Positions 26,596 through 40,994 of a stretch of 64,000 nt of DNA are shown piece after piece (positions within the stretch are counted from its first letter, which is position 1; every line of letters begins with the position of its first letter). The DNA comes from Geosiphon pyriformis uo1 (taxonomy: Eukaryota > Fungi > Glomeromycota): positions 1 to 64,000 of the forward strand of contig JAAOMT010000414.1 in the NCBI GenBank assembly GCA_016748015.1, read 5' to 3'. The notes below the pieces were generated by a model, which made no database searches, was not told the origin of the DNA, and saw only the letters and a program-made list of their open reading frames with translations. The translations under genes were made by a program, and so were the position numbers.

Positions 26596-28424
26596 TATGT
26601 ATTTTTGATCTTTGATGATAATGGTAATGTTTGAATCTTAATTTAAATTTAGTATATATTTTTCATAATATACATGACTCAGGTACTAGTTCATATTTAC
26701 TCACATTTAAATCTTAATCTGAAAATATATTTTGATCTATCATAAAAAAATTAATTAAATATTTATAAATAAAATAATTTACATTTATTATTACTATTTT
26801 CATTATTTACTATTTTCATATTTATTATTATTGTTGTTGTTGTTGTTTTTGTTGTTGTTTTTGTTTTTGTTTTTGTTTTCGTTTTTGTTTTTGTTTTTTT
26901 TATTCATATTGATAATTAGGAATTTTTTCAAGTTTTTTATTACTGGAATCATTAACGAAATAAGTTATTTTGATGTTTGAAAAAATGTTGTTGCTAATTC
27001 AAAAGGTTTTAAAATATTTATGATATCTTGTAATTATTTCTATTTATAAGACTTGAATAAATATTGACAGTAATATTGATAATTAATTATTGAGTTAATT
27101 GACACAAATTCAATAAAGTACATGTATCAAATTAAATAGTAACTTGAATTTTGATATTTAAATTGGTATTTTTAATTTTACCTTTTCATAATCAGCATTA
27201 TAATCTTCATTATTCAAATTGTTAAGATTTCTTGTTATTAATTAATTTTTTTCAATTGTAAATTGAGCTTCACAGATGTAATAAAAAATTTTATTAATTT
27301 TGAAATTTTTTCTCTTAATAGTATGAGCAATGCAAGAAAGTCTTTATTATTTCTTCTGTATTTTAAATCCACACATTATATTAGCATTATTATCATTAAC
27401 AGCAAAAAAGATTTTAAATTTCTCAAATTTTGTTAATAAAAATGAAAAAATGGTATTTTTTTACAGCATAAAAAGGAAGATTCACTTAATGAGACGTTAT
27501 TTCAATGAATCCAATTTTGCTGCATGCTGTCCATAAATCAGTTGTGATAATAATGAGCTTGCAGAAGATGATATGAAAGAGTTCTTGTCGAGCTAGTTTC
27601 TTTATATTTTGCCACACACTAAACTGTATTCTCTTTTAATTTTTAAATTATAATATGGAAATCTGTTAAATTTTCTTATTTCAACCTAATTCCGTTTAGC
27701 AACTTGACTGTTTAAAGTTGAAGAACTAGAACTTTTATGTTCAAAATAAAACTCTTCAGAAATATTTTTGAGAATCCTCGTTGTCCAACATAATTGCAAG
27801 AGAAACAAGTTTGTCGATTTCAAATGTGTTTTCAAAATAGAATTAGTGCATGCTATTATGGCATAAAATAATGATAGATTATTAGTTTAGCATGTTATAT
27901 CACTCAACCATTTTTTTAAAGGGTTGGTTGCTTTTACAAATTTGTGCTGGTAAAGCTAATTTTTTATTAAAAATAATTGATCAATAAATTATATATAAAA
28001 AATTAATATTACAAACTTTTAACCATCTAATCAAACACTAATTGCAAGTCCCTTTAATTTTTTTAATTAAAAGAACAAATCTAATAATAAATATATTATT
28101 TTTAATCTTCTGATAATTACGTGAATTCATTTGAAAAAAAAATTACTGATAAATATTATTAAATTAATATGTTATTCAAAAAAAAATCTATATCAACCCC
28201 CAAAATTCTAGATAAAACAAGAATGTCCGAGCAAAAAAAAACTTTTTTATTAAATATTTCCCAATAATGAAAATATTTAAACTCATAAAAAACACTTCCT
28301 GGATTCATTCATTCATTCATTCATTCATTCATTTATTATAAATTTCGTCAAACCTCCAAGACAAAGACTTTTTGCCTTAATCTGCTCGTTTAAAGATATA
28401 ATAAATTCCTCAATTTATTCTTCC

Positions 28425-28455
<31 letters not shown>

Positions 28456-28555
28456 CCATCCACACAATCTAATTCGAGAAAGAGCCTATAAAAAAGAAAA
28501 ATATAAAAAAGTATCTAAAAGAATTCTTGGTTTTCTTGAATATGTCAAATAAATT

Positions 28556-29851
28556 CTAATCATTTCCTTTAATGGTTACAATGAAATTCATCGAGCCAAG
28601 CTTTGCTTTTTCAACGGCCATTTCCAAATACTCGATGTGAGAATCGTTAAATTCAAGTAAATCGAAATTTTCCTTCTCCTGACTATTCTTTAACGTGGTC
28701 ATAATATCTGATATTCGTCCGTGAAATCGAAACAAATTGATATCCAAGTTTTCCAAATTTTTTGCCAAAACATTTAAAGTATTCATTGCCCCTTCAATGA
28801 ATTTGCCCTCTTCCGAAGCCTTTGCTACTTCCCTCTTTTCACCAACGAATAACCGAGTCAGGGACCAATTTTTATTTTTATCAATAAATGTTTCCCCCTC
28901 ATTCCGCGCATCAATGATTAAACGGTCAGCTCTCAAACGGCTCTCGATAGCAGTCGTGACGGTTTTTTTGATTTTGCTAACCTGAGTTTCTAAAATTTGA
29001 ACACGACCCAAAATATTTTCCAACCTTTGAACCACGAGCCGAATTGAAACTTGTTGGTCGGGCTTTGAAGCAATTTCCCTACGTATGATCCCAATGTCGG
29101 ATTGAAAGTAAGCGAGAAACCATTCGCTTTTGTCGCGTGTCTCTTCAAGTTGCCTAGCAATTTGAAATGTTTCATCCCCAAATTTTCGAAGCGTATCAGC
29201 AAGATTTTGGGAAGTTATTGGATTCAATGCACTAAACCGTTCCACACGATTGGCCAAGTTACGCAGATCAAGTCGAGCCTCGAAAAGAAGATGAAGACCT
29301 GATTTGAACCGAAAATAAGAATGAATGTAAGAATATTAAAAGAAAAGAAGATTTTTTGTCAAATTTGTCATGAAATTTTTTTTTAAAGTTACAAAATTTC
29401 TAATACCTTCTATTTTAATAGGGCTCACACTACTGGTGATATTATCCAAAGCCTTGGTAAAATCTGCTGGCTTTGCTCTACTGATTGGTCTCTTTAAGAA
29501 ATTTTCATTAAAAATATTTTTCTGGCAATGCACAATGAATGAAAGAATGAGTGAGAAATAATTTTAATACATACCGAGGAATACCACACCCAAGCATTCC
29601 ATAAAAAAAACGCTAAAACAAAAACTAAAAAGTATTTTTTTGCATTTCTGAATAAAACCAATCTTTTTTTTATGATATTTCTGTTTATTTGTTCAACATC
29701 ATTATCATAGTTGGTGACTGAACGATGGCGCAGTGAGCCTAAAGAATATGAAACTTGTGAATGGTCCGTAACTAAATTCTAACACTTTTATTTTAAACTC
29801 AAATTTAAATCTCTTACCGCCCATAATTGGTATATTTTTATCAGCAGCCAT
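28556..29851 (-). CDS. Hypothetical single-pass membrane protein with long helical/coiled-coil C-terminus (~360 aa); exons 29851-29818, 29771-29575, 29521-29407, 29298-28556
   Basis: Three GT-AG introns join in frame. TM segment YFLVFVLAFFLWNAWVWYS follows a basic stretch, and the last exon is heptad-rich. Confidence 0.8.
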
Positions 29852-31159
29852 TTTTTTTGTTCAACTTTTTCGTTGAAATATATCAGAGTTTTTCAAAATA
29901 AACTCGTGAAAGTAATTTAGTATTTTCTGATTTTTATTTACACCGTGTGAATCTATATTACCTGAAGCAGGAGAGACTAGGTAAAAATGCAAGATTAAAA
30001 TACAGGTTTTCAGGTTTGGCAAGTTAACAGAGATCGCCGAGACTTACTGCTTTGAGAATAACTCTGTTGGATTGAAAGGATATCAATTGTATTACCACAA
30101 ACCAATTAAATTAAATACATTGATAGATTTTCTATTCCTTCAAATTTAAAGTCCAATGACTAATCTGAACTTTTACAATTGGAAAAAAATCATTTGCTGC
30201 AAATAAAATTTTTCAATATGATCAGTTCCTACAAAAAATTCAAATGACAATAAATAGTCTATAATTTTTAAAATTATTCAAGTTATATTTTTTTCTAGAC
30301 CATTTTTTACTAAACTTGTTTTTTTTTCGCTTCTAATTTTACCCATTAAGAATTAGTTTGAATTAAGTTTTTAAAATAATCAAAAATGTAAATTTAATAA
30401 GTTTTAATCTTTAAAAATTAAAATTTAATATATATTTTTTTAAAAGCAGAAATTAATTTAATTATTTATAAAATTAATCTTTTCTTATTTATAATTGAAA
30501 AAATAAATACTTATAAAAAAAAAGCAGATTCAAAATGATAAGTAATTTAATAAAAAAAATCAGTGATAAAGAAAACCAAAATTATATTTCTTAAATTTTT
30601 TTAAATGCTTTTACAGAGTGTGATTCTTTCACTGATTATACTACTGTTTTTATCATTTGTCAACTTTTATATTATATTTCTAATGTTGTTTTTATACATA
30701 TTTTTAACCTCATTTTTTCAAAAAAAATTAGTTTTTTTTAATGATAATTTTACAAATTGTGGCTTTTTTAGTTGCTTTTCCAATTTAATTTTCGCCTTCA
30801 CAAATAGATTATACGTAATAATTATTTGTACGAGAATAACATCTGTTTTTGAATTACCAGAATAATTTTTGGCGTAAGAAATACTTTTTAGGTTAAAATT
30901 ATACATATAGCCACCCAAAATAAAACGGTTCGAATTACTAACTAGGCTAAAATTCTGAAAAATCAGGAGGTATTGCACTGCATATCTATTTAGGATTGTC
31001 ATTTTCATAAAACATAAATAGGGAGTTTCGCAGCCACATAAAATTTTGTGCTAGTCAAATGAAGAATCTATCAACAATATAAATGTTTAAAATAACTATC
31101 TGAATACGTTTAAGCGATAATTTATAAAAAAAATTCTAAAAAATAAAAGTTAATGAATC

Positions 31160-31588
31160 ATGAATGAAAAATTGTCCTCTCCTCCTCCATACACTGAAGT
31201 AGAAGTTTTTGCTGTTCCGATTGTAAGTGATAAAACGAATTCTTCTTTTAACGTTCTTTGACTTCATTTTTTTTATTTACAAAAACAGAAAACATTGAGA
31301 ATTTTTCAAAAAAAAACCTTTTAATTGTCTTTTTAAAGGATGGACAAACACCAGTACCATCACTAGAACCACCCCCACCACCACCACTATCAACTCCTAG
31401 TGATTCGTCTAGTCTGAACAAAGACATTGGAATTACTTGTGGCATAGTTTTTATCACACTGATCGTAGGTTATGGTGAGTAATAATTTTTTTAAATTGTA
31501 TGAAAGAAAAAAATTTTTTTATTAATTCTTATTGTTGATTAAATTAATTAATTTTTTTGACTTAGTTTTGTTTAGAATTTTCAATTGA
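31160..31588 (+). CDS. ~73-aa Pro-rich tail-anchored microprotein with PPPY motif; exons 31160-31222, 31339-31474, 31566-31588
   Basis: Strong donors GTAAGT and GTGAGT with in-phase joins. Product MNEKLSSPPPYTEV..PPPPPP..IGITCGIVFITLIVGYVLFRIFN*. Confidence 0.7.
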
Positions 31589-31599
31589 TGATTGGGACC

Positions 31600-34500
31600 T
31601 TGAAATAAATTAAAAACTATTTTAATTGGTTGCAAAGTATTTAAGTAATAATAATTTAATAACAAAAATTTTTATTATTTAAAAATACATAAGCATAAGA
31701 TTTATAAAAATAAAATTATTCGATTTTGTTGTTTTTAAAACACATTATTTATAAAAAATTATTTTCAAGGCATATAAAATATTGCTTACATAATTATTTA
31801 TCTTATAGTTAATTTTTATAAAAAACTTTTTATTAATGCTTTAATAAAATGTAATCCAATCACTATTTAATACAGTACAGCTTTTGGAAGACATTTAAAT
31901 TAGACATATTTCATGTACTTTCTACATGTAACTATTGAATTTAAATTAAAAAAAAAAACATGTAAAAACTAAAACACAATCTCAAAATAAATTATTTTAA
32001 TTTTAATAGTTTTACTAAGCACCAAAATAAAAACTATCTATTTAAAAAACTTTTAACAACTTGTAAAGATATTAAATACTACCAGAAATAATACTTTTAA
32101 AAAACAGAAAAAAAATTCAGTTTTTATTTAATTTGCTTAATTCTTAAAATTAGATAATTTAATAAACAAATTAATTGAAATTACATAAAAAAATAAAATT
32201 TGTTTTATTTCTAAAACTGAAAATAATTAATTAAAATTTAACATATTAAAAAATAAAACCAAATATTAAATCAACACAAATTTGGCAAATATGTTTTTAT
32301 TATTATTATTATAATTATTCAGAACAAAAAACTAATATCTATTTATAATCATAACAAAACTAAATATTATAATTGATACTAATACTATAAAATTGGCAAA
32401 AATATTAAAAAACCAAAGCTTTCTTTTTAATAAAAAAAAACTGGCTTTAATATAATTGAAATATGCTAAAAAAACAGAGTTTTTTTAATATAATTAAAAA
32501 TTAATAGCTAACTTAAGAAAAAATTGCTTTTTACTATTTGAATTTTTTATTATTATTTAAACAATTAAGAAAAAAATTTCAAAAGAAAATAAAAACTTAT
32601 TTATTAACTTATTATTAAAGATTTTAAAGATTTTAAAGATAATAATAATTATATTAAAATATTTTTAAGATGTTTTTTAATAAAACTTAAAAAAAAACTT
32701 TTATTTAAAACTAAAAAAAGTGCTTAAAACCAACAAAAAACTGGCTTATTATAATATTATTTAAAAGATTGCTTTTATAAAGTACTATTAAATAGTTTTT
32801 ATTATTATTGCTATTTAATAATATTATAAATTTGGAAATTTTCTTAACAATAACAATAATTTTGTTAAATAATATATATTATTATATATTATTATAAATT
32901 AAAGTATAAAAATAAATATATAAACTACTTTAAAATTTAAAAACTATAAAATAAAATATTTAAAATAAAAAACAGTATTTTTGTTGTTTGTTTTTAGACA
33001 AAAGCTAGTTTAATATAAGTTTTTATAAAAAATAATAATTAAATCTTATTAAAAATACAATAAATTAATTAATAAAAACCAAAATTATATTATTAATTCA
33101 AACCAAATTTTTTTAATTAATTATTAAAAATATATATTGTTTAAAATTTTAAATTTAAAAAATAAATTTGAAAAGTTTGTAAAATAAACCAATTTATTAA
33201 TTTAAAGTTTTAATAAAAACAATATTTTTAAATTATATAACAATATTTATTATTTATTTAATATTATAACAAAAATAAAATTAGATAATAAATTAATTAT
33301 TTGTAATTAAAAAAAACATAAATAATAAAAAAACTCAAAATAATAATAAAAAATATATATAAAAACCATAAAAATAATTTAACTTAAAATATTAATAATA
33401 ATTACAAATCTAAAATATTAAATTATATAAATAAAATTATATAAAGTTTTTTATTTATTTATTTATAAATAAAATCCAATTATTATCTAATATAATATAA
33501 TTATATAAAGTTCTAAATTAAATATAATTTATGTACTTTCTATATATAACTAATTACTTAGTTAATTAAAACAATATTATATAACTATATTAACAAAATT
33601 ATTATTATTTATATTAGTAAAAAACAAACAGTTAATTTAAAAACCAAAATTAATAATTTGATTATTTATTATTTTATTTTTTTAATAAACTAGTTAATAG
33701 TTTTTAAATATTAATTTAAATTGCTTATTATTATTTAACAAACCATTTTTTTTATTTTTATTTAAAGCTTTAAATTAAACAGCCTAATTTTATTTTTATG
33801 GCTAATAATTAAATCATACACAAAATTTACTAACTTAAAAATTATTAGTTTAATATTTTCAAAAACAGTTTTAGCTTCTGTTAGCCAATTTACAAACGCA
33901 AATTTCTTGTTTAAAACCAGATACAAATTAATATTAATAATATTTAAAGTTAATAATTAAAGTACAGGAAATAATAATAAACTTATATTAATTAAAAACT
34001 TTTAAAGTACAAAATATTTAATTAATAAATTTCAATAAACAGAAGAATTTAAACTGTAAACAAAGCTATAATTTAAAAACTTTATTTTATTGTAAATATT
34101 AGATTACGATATTAAAAAAATATATTATAATGTGTTTTCTTATAAAACTATAAATATGTATATATATAATAACTTTAATATAAAAAAAAACAACAATTTA
34201 TCTAATAGTTTAATTTTGTTAAACTTCAATTTTCTATTTTAATAAATTTTTAAATAAATTTTTAAATTAAAAAGAAATCAAAAATAATATTAAAAATAAA
34301 TTTTTATAATCAAAAGTATTAAAAAACTTACTTGTATTATTTACTAAATAAAACTATCATTTATTAATTAAATTTTTTAGAAGAATAATTTTTAATCAAG
34401 ATTATTTATATTGTTATTAATTAATAAAAGTTTTATTGTAAAAATTAAAAAAAGCATTAAAAATTATTAATATTTTATGTTTTTAGATTAAAAAAACATA

Positions 34501-37500
34501 TTATATAATTGCAAAAATAGCTTTAAAAAAAACCTAAATAGTAAGTAAATTTTAGTTTAGTCTTTGAAAAAGAATATATAAATACATATAACAATTAGAA
34601 ATTAAGAAATAACTTATATTACAACATCAGAAAAAAGTTTTTAATATAAATATTAATATTATTACACAAATAAAATTGAAAAACTTACAAAAAATTAATT
34701 ACAATTAAAACAAAATATTAATATTTAATATACTAAAAAAAACTATTTCATAACAATATTTATATTTACATATAATTTTTTTATAAATGAAATTAATAAT
34801 TAAAAATACTAATTTAATTTAATTTGGTGTTGTTTTTGTTTTTATTTATTTTGGCAAGTAATTTATTATTATTATAATATATCTATTTGTATTAAAAATT
34901 ATTATTAAAAGTTTAATAATATTAATTACAATTTTATTAAAAATTAACCAATAAAAATTAAATAAATTTTTTTTTAATTAGATTTATCTTTTTATTAACC
35001 AATTTTTATGTATTTTATTATATATTTTTCTTAAAATTAACCAATAATATCTTGCTAATATCTTTTAAATTGTTTTTGTTTTTTTAAAATAGCTTGCTAA
35101 AAAATTAATATATATATTACATATTAACTTTTTGTAATTAATTAAAAATTTTTTAGTTTTTTTAATATAATTAATTTTGACAAATCAAATAAAAATTTGA
35201 TTGTTTGCATAAATATTTTATTTGCTGTTAATTATACTTTAGTAAATATTGTTTTTTATCTAAAAATTTAATAATTTTTCAAGTTTATTGTTATGTTTAA
35301 TTTAAAGCAATTTATTAATAATTAATTTAATTAATATTTTTGCTAATTTGTTTGTTTTATTAGATAACTAATTAAATAAAGTATTTGTATTTTGATTGTT
35401 TATTTTTTTATAATGCTTAATATTATAGCTGTATTTGTTAAATATATTATTTAATAAAAAATTCTTTTGTAATTTAGTTTTTTTTATTTTTTAATTAAAT
35501 TAAGATTTAATAATAAATATATATATTAAATTATTTTTTAATTAAATTAAGATTTGATAATAAATATATATATTAAATTATTTTTTAAAAAAATATTTAT
35601 GCTAATAAACAGTAAATTATATTATTGCTAAACATTTTTTTAATAATTATATAATTTTTTTAACTTGTTAAAAAGTTTTGCTATTATAAATTACAATATG
35701 TTCTTTTTTTATTTTTTTAAAACAAAATAACACCAAAAAAAACATTAAAGACATTAATATAAAAAAAACTTGTCAAAATTAGATTGCTTTTTAAAATAAG
35801 CTTAATAATAAACTTTTTTTTAAAATTTTTAAATGTTTTTTATTAAAAAATATTTCAATAATAATTAACATTTTTTTAAAAATTAGTTAAATAGTTACAA
35901 AATTTTAGATAAACTTTTGATAATAAAAGATTAATCCAAAAAAATCATAATTTGAAAATATTTATTAATTGTTTAAGCTTTTGTACTTTTTATTTTTGGT
36001 TGAATCTAAAAAAATTCTATTTTTTGTCACAAAATAATCTAAAAACTGCATAAATTGTTGGTTAAAAATAATTTGATTAATTAATATTAAGTTTATTATT
36101 TTTAAAAAGATTAAAAACTTTTTAAAGATAATTTAAATATTTATTTCAAGTTTTTAAATATTATATTATTAAAATATATAAAAATTAAATTTTAATATTT
36201 TGGGTTTAAATATAAATAATAAATATTATAACAAATATTTAAAAAGAAAGAACAAAAATTAAAAATCATTAAAAATAAAAAAAATATTTTTTAAAAATAT
36301 TTTTTAATTGTTTCTATTTATTAAGTTATTTTTATTGTTGTATTTATACAGAATTATTTTTAATAACAAAAAAAAACCATAAAGTATAAGATAAATTTGT
36401 TCTTAAATTTTTTGTTTTTTTATCTAATTTTTTTAAATTTACTTTTTTTATTAACTTTTAAATTGTTTTTTTATATTTAATAACTATTTTTTTAAAGCTT
36501 TGCACTTTTTTTTCCAATTTTATTCTCTATTTGAATATTAATATTACAATACAAAATTTTTTTCAAATTTGGTAGTAAAAAAAATTTTATTTTGGCTAAT
36601 ATTTTTAAAAAACCATTAGATAATTTATTAAACAGCTTTTTTAACAGTTTTTTAAATAAACTATTTAATAAAAAAAAATTTTAATTATTTGGAATTTGGA
36701 ATTATTATTATATTAATTTGTTATAACAGTTTTTTTAAAATTTTTAAGCTATTTTATTAAATTTTAAAAGTTTTTTTAAACAAAAATAAAAAACTTATGT
36801 TTTAATAACTTAAAACAATTTAGATGTTTTAAAAATTAATAATATATTTATTTTATCTTAAGTTATAATAAGAGTAAATATTTAGAATAAAAAGTCTAAA
36901 TTTTTTAACAAAAAATTAAAAATAAGAACTGTTTAATAATATTTGTTTTTCTAAAAAAGTTTTAATTTATTAATAAACAGATATTTAATTATAGATTTGT
37001 TAATTTAAGATTTTAAGTTCAAAAAAAATCAACTAAAAATAATTAAAAATATTAATTAATTAATGTAATTATTTTTAACTTTAAATTTTTTTTAAAGTAT
37101 ATTTAATCAAAACTATTAGTTAAACTGTTTTTTAACTAAAAAACAAATAAAACAGATTGAAAAAAAATTAAGTTTAATATAAACTAAATTATTTTAATTA
37201 TATATTATAAAATAATTCTTGAATTTTTTGTACTAAAAAATAATAAATGTCTATATAATAATAGATAAATTAAAAATTTGACAACTTTACAAAAAACTTT
37301 ATTTTTATATTATAATTAAATATAATATATTAATAGATAACAAAAAAAACAATATTATATAATAATAAAAATAATTAAAAATAATTCAACTTTAATAAAC
37401 AAATTAAATTAATAAAAATTTAGTATATAAAATCAGTTTTATAGATATTTTAATTGCTATTTTTTCTAAAAATAATAAAAAAATAAAAAAATAATTTATA
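31600..37500. other. Extremely AT-rich block, probably hypermutated retroelement relics
   Basis: No ORFs and very few C/G, yet not a simple repeat. A-rich and T-rich skewed segments alternate, and the block abuts an LTR. Confidence 0.6.
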
Positions 37501-37501
37501 T

Positions 37502-38310
37502 TGTTATAGTTGAAACTTATACTTCTTATTAATTATTATATATATTAGCCACTAATATCACATAAATTAGCCACTCTATTTTTAAAAAGTAATCATTAAT
37601 CTAATCAATAACCTGATCATTGATCTGATTATTAACCTAATTATTAACCTAATTATTAACCTGATTATTGACCTGATCATTGACCTGATTAATGACCTAA
37701 TCATTGACCTGATTATTGATCTGATCATTAACTTAGTTGTTGACTTAATTATTGACCACTTTTGATAGCTATATAAGTAATAAATCTCTTAGCTGTAGAA
37801 AAACATATAAAAATAAAAGAAATAAAAGAAATAAAATAACAACTTTCATCTTAATTATTCTCTTATTGCTAATTTTTCTTTCTCTATCTTCAAGTATCTA
37901 AACATTTTGGAATAAAAGATTACTTGTTGGTTATTCTTTACCCTTTTCCTAAAATGTGTAATTGTAGTATTTGAAGATTATTGAATAAAACATGACTGAA
38001 AAATACATCTGATATCTGATATTGAATTTTAAGAGTGCTGATATAAGGCATAGAATTATACCAGTATGTAATCATTTATTGACAATATGGATTATTTCTT
38101 TACCTTCAGATTCCTGGTTATTCTTTAAAAAGTACAGCAACTAAGATATTTTATAAAACTGATCTCACACATTGAATCTTTACTCATTTAATTCACTCTT
38201 TGAAGTTGAATTCTTTTTGATTACTTTTATCACTCTATAATCTTGTTCCTTTTTGTTATCTGTTAGCTTGTTATTTCAACCCATAATAATATTATTAATA
38301 AAAAATAATA
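37502..38310 (+). mobile_element. LTR (probably Ty3/Gypsy type); 3' end approximate
   Basis: Starts TG. Contains ~12 copies of a 12-mer (acctgatcattg variants, 37611-37754) followed by TATATAA, and is preceded by an A-rich purine tract. Confidence 0.6.
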
Positions 38311-38369
38311 TGTTAGCATAATTCTATATTATATATTAATACTTTTGAAATTTAATATTAAAAATTAAT

Positions 38370-38682
38370 TGTATTTTTTAATAAATATTTATTTAATATA
38401 TTTTATAAAAACTAACAATTATATAAATCAAAAAAAATAAAAAAAATAGTTAAAAAAAAAATAAAAAATTAATATTATTGTATTAATCTTTGCTTTAAAT
38501 AAATTTAATTTAAATATAAATAAATTTTTATAATTTTAAGAAGTTTTGTTTATATATTTTTAAAAAAAATTAATAATTAAGTTAATAATTACATTAAAAA
38601 TTCAGTTAATAATTAAATTATTAATCAAGTTAATAATTACATTAACAACTATTTTTAAAAATAAAATAGTTATTTAATAACA
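38370..38682 (-). mobile_element. Hypermutated solo LTR
   Basis: TG...CA termini, TTAAT 5-bp duplication on both sides, and an inverted homolog at 40995-41360. Confidence 0.7.
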
Positions 38683-38686
38683 TTAA

Positions 38687-40980
38687 TTTTTTTTTATTAC
38701 ATTTTAACAAGTGAAACCCAAATACTACCTAAAACTATGATACCACAGAAGAGATTACATTATAAGCATAAATCATGTGTTTTCTACATGTAATCAGACA
38801 CTCAGCCCAATCAAGAACTTACTATGCTGAATCAAAAGTAGATAAGAATAACCCCAACTCACAAATTCTTTCAATGATACTATTTAGATTCCTAGAGTCA
38901 AAAATAAACTCATTAAGAAACAATTTAGTAGACTCAATATTGCTCCTAGTTTCAGCACCAGACATTTGCCACAAAGCAATAACATGTTCAATAGTGTCCT
39001 CACTTAAAAAAGAAGACTTAGCAGCCAGCATACTATCATAATTCATATCACTAAAGTCAACCTCAGATCTAAGACAAGCAATGTCCTTAGAGATCACAAC
39101 CAAGAGGTTAAAAAAATTGTTAGCAGCACTCTTCATGGAAATGAGATCTTTCTCAACCTGAACAGCCTTAGCAGCATTATCATTAAGAAGACGAAACACC
39201 AAAGCAACCAAAGAACCAACAGGCTCAACAATAGACTTAACCAGAGCAGCCAAATCCGAAATCTGCTTTTTCAAAGAGTCCAACCTAGAACTAACAGCAG
39301 AATTAGCAGCAAAAACAGCTGAAGAAGCCACTAAAAGAGGAAACTCAGAAAGACCAAAAAGAGCAGCAGTCTTGGCATATGAAACAAAACCCACAAAACG
39401 AAACTTGAAAATCTTGGAAACCTTGGGAGTGAAAGGTAGAAAAATCTTGCAATCTGTGGCCAGATGGCCCATTTTTTGACATCTAAAGCAGTGCTGGCAG
39501 CCAGAAGTTTCCCACCAGATATGGCATTTCCTTAAAGTACCAGTCTTGACTACAGCAGAATCCAAATTGCCTTAAGAGTCAAATGTAACCAAAGCAAACT
39601 GAGAATAATGACCAGAATCAGGAGAACAAGGAATGAAACATATTCGACCACCAATCTGAGAAATCATATCACTGATTTCAAAGGTGGTACAGCCAGGAGG
39701 AAGGTTGACCAATTTGGCCTTAAACTTATCATGAAACAAAATAGTCTTATTTTAATTCACCAAAAAGAGGATTCTAACACTATCCTTGCCCACCAAAACT
39801 GACCAATGCTTCAAGACAGACACAGCAGAGTCCAACTTTTCAAAATATACCACCACATACTGCCAAATACCAGCAGGCTTCAGTACAACACAAGTAACAC
39901 TACCAAACACATTGAGAGCCAACTTAACATCAGCAGCAGACACATCCAAAGGCACATCATGCAGTGCAACAGCAGCAGAAGAGGAACCAAATTCAAAAAC
40001 CACCAAAGACTTGGCAATTTTAAGAGTGGCCAAATGAACAGAGCTTGTAAGCTCAACCAGAAATGCAGCTTCCAATGACTGTTGAGAAGCAAACTCCACA
40101 CAGAAAAGCTTCATATTGTCTTTTGAAACAGATTTAACATCCAAGAAACCATGCACAGACTGAAAAACAGTCTTAACATAAGCCAATTTGATCTTAAAAG
40201 TAGCACCAGGCACCAGAGTGGAGGCCACCCACTCAGCAAACCTTTGACGACTAGTAATAGTTTCCCAAGCACCACCAGAAGTAGTACCAGAAACTAAAGA
40301 AGGAGATGATTCAGTTTCCATTTGATCAGCCCAGTTTCCAAGAACAGGTAATCCAACAGGAGGAGATTGTTTTGCTTCTAAAACCAGCAAAGATCTGCTG
40401 AAAGACACCACATTTAGCAACACAGCCAGTGGTTGATCTTGGCCCATCTTGGATAATGTGTCAGATAATGCTACAGAGATCTTATCTAAGATCTTATTGG
40501 GAACCACAAAGGGGTTTGGTGTAACAATAGCAGAGGCAAACGACTGCTCCCACTTTTCTGAACTTTTGGTTTTTTTGACCATTTTTTTTGAAGAGGTGGT
40601 GCCAGAAGCACCAGATTTTGAATCTATAGAGAGGAAAACCAGCTTATTTACTGGTCTATTATTAAAAACTTTTGGGCTCTTAGTCGGGGTGGAGGCAATA
40701 CTGGGACTAATCCAAATGTGTCTCTTTGAGGGAACTTTAACCAGTGAAAAACCAGCCAAAGATAAGGAAGTTAATTCAATGGCTACCAAAGGCAGCTTTT
40801 CACAATTACTGGGTAAAAGAAAGGCTTCTAAAATGTTTTGTCTAGTTGCTTCTACAATAGAGAGAGCTTTTCTGGTTGAAATTTTATTAGATATCTCAGG
40901 ACAAATATCCAGTGCAGCTTTTTTACTCTTTGCTCTAGTTGTGGTCATAAAATTAAGGAGACAAAGAGTAGTCATAACAT
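38687..40980 (-). mobile_element. Element A: ORF1-only non-autonomous non-LTR retroelement
   Basis: A single gag-like ORF followed directly by the LINE-type 3' UTR and an A-tail (T-run 38687-38695). No ORF2 sequence. Confidence 0.8.
38822..40948 (-). pseudogene. ORF1/gag-like protein of element A (RRM-like regions, CCHC knuckle, coiled coil)
   Basis: CFRCQKMGHLATDC knuckle. The segment LHDVPLDVSAADVKLALNVFGSV..GIWQ..WSVLVGKDSVR is homologous to ORF1 of B-E. Few lesions. Confidence 0.85.
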
Positions 40981-40994
40981 TAATAATTAATATA

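Noticed and set aside
37611-37754. Regular 12-mer array resembling CRISPR or telomeric repeats
   Set aside because: It has no spacers, sits within an LTR before a TATA box, and the context is eukaryotic.
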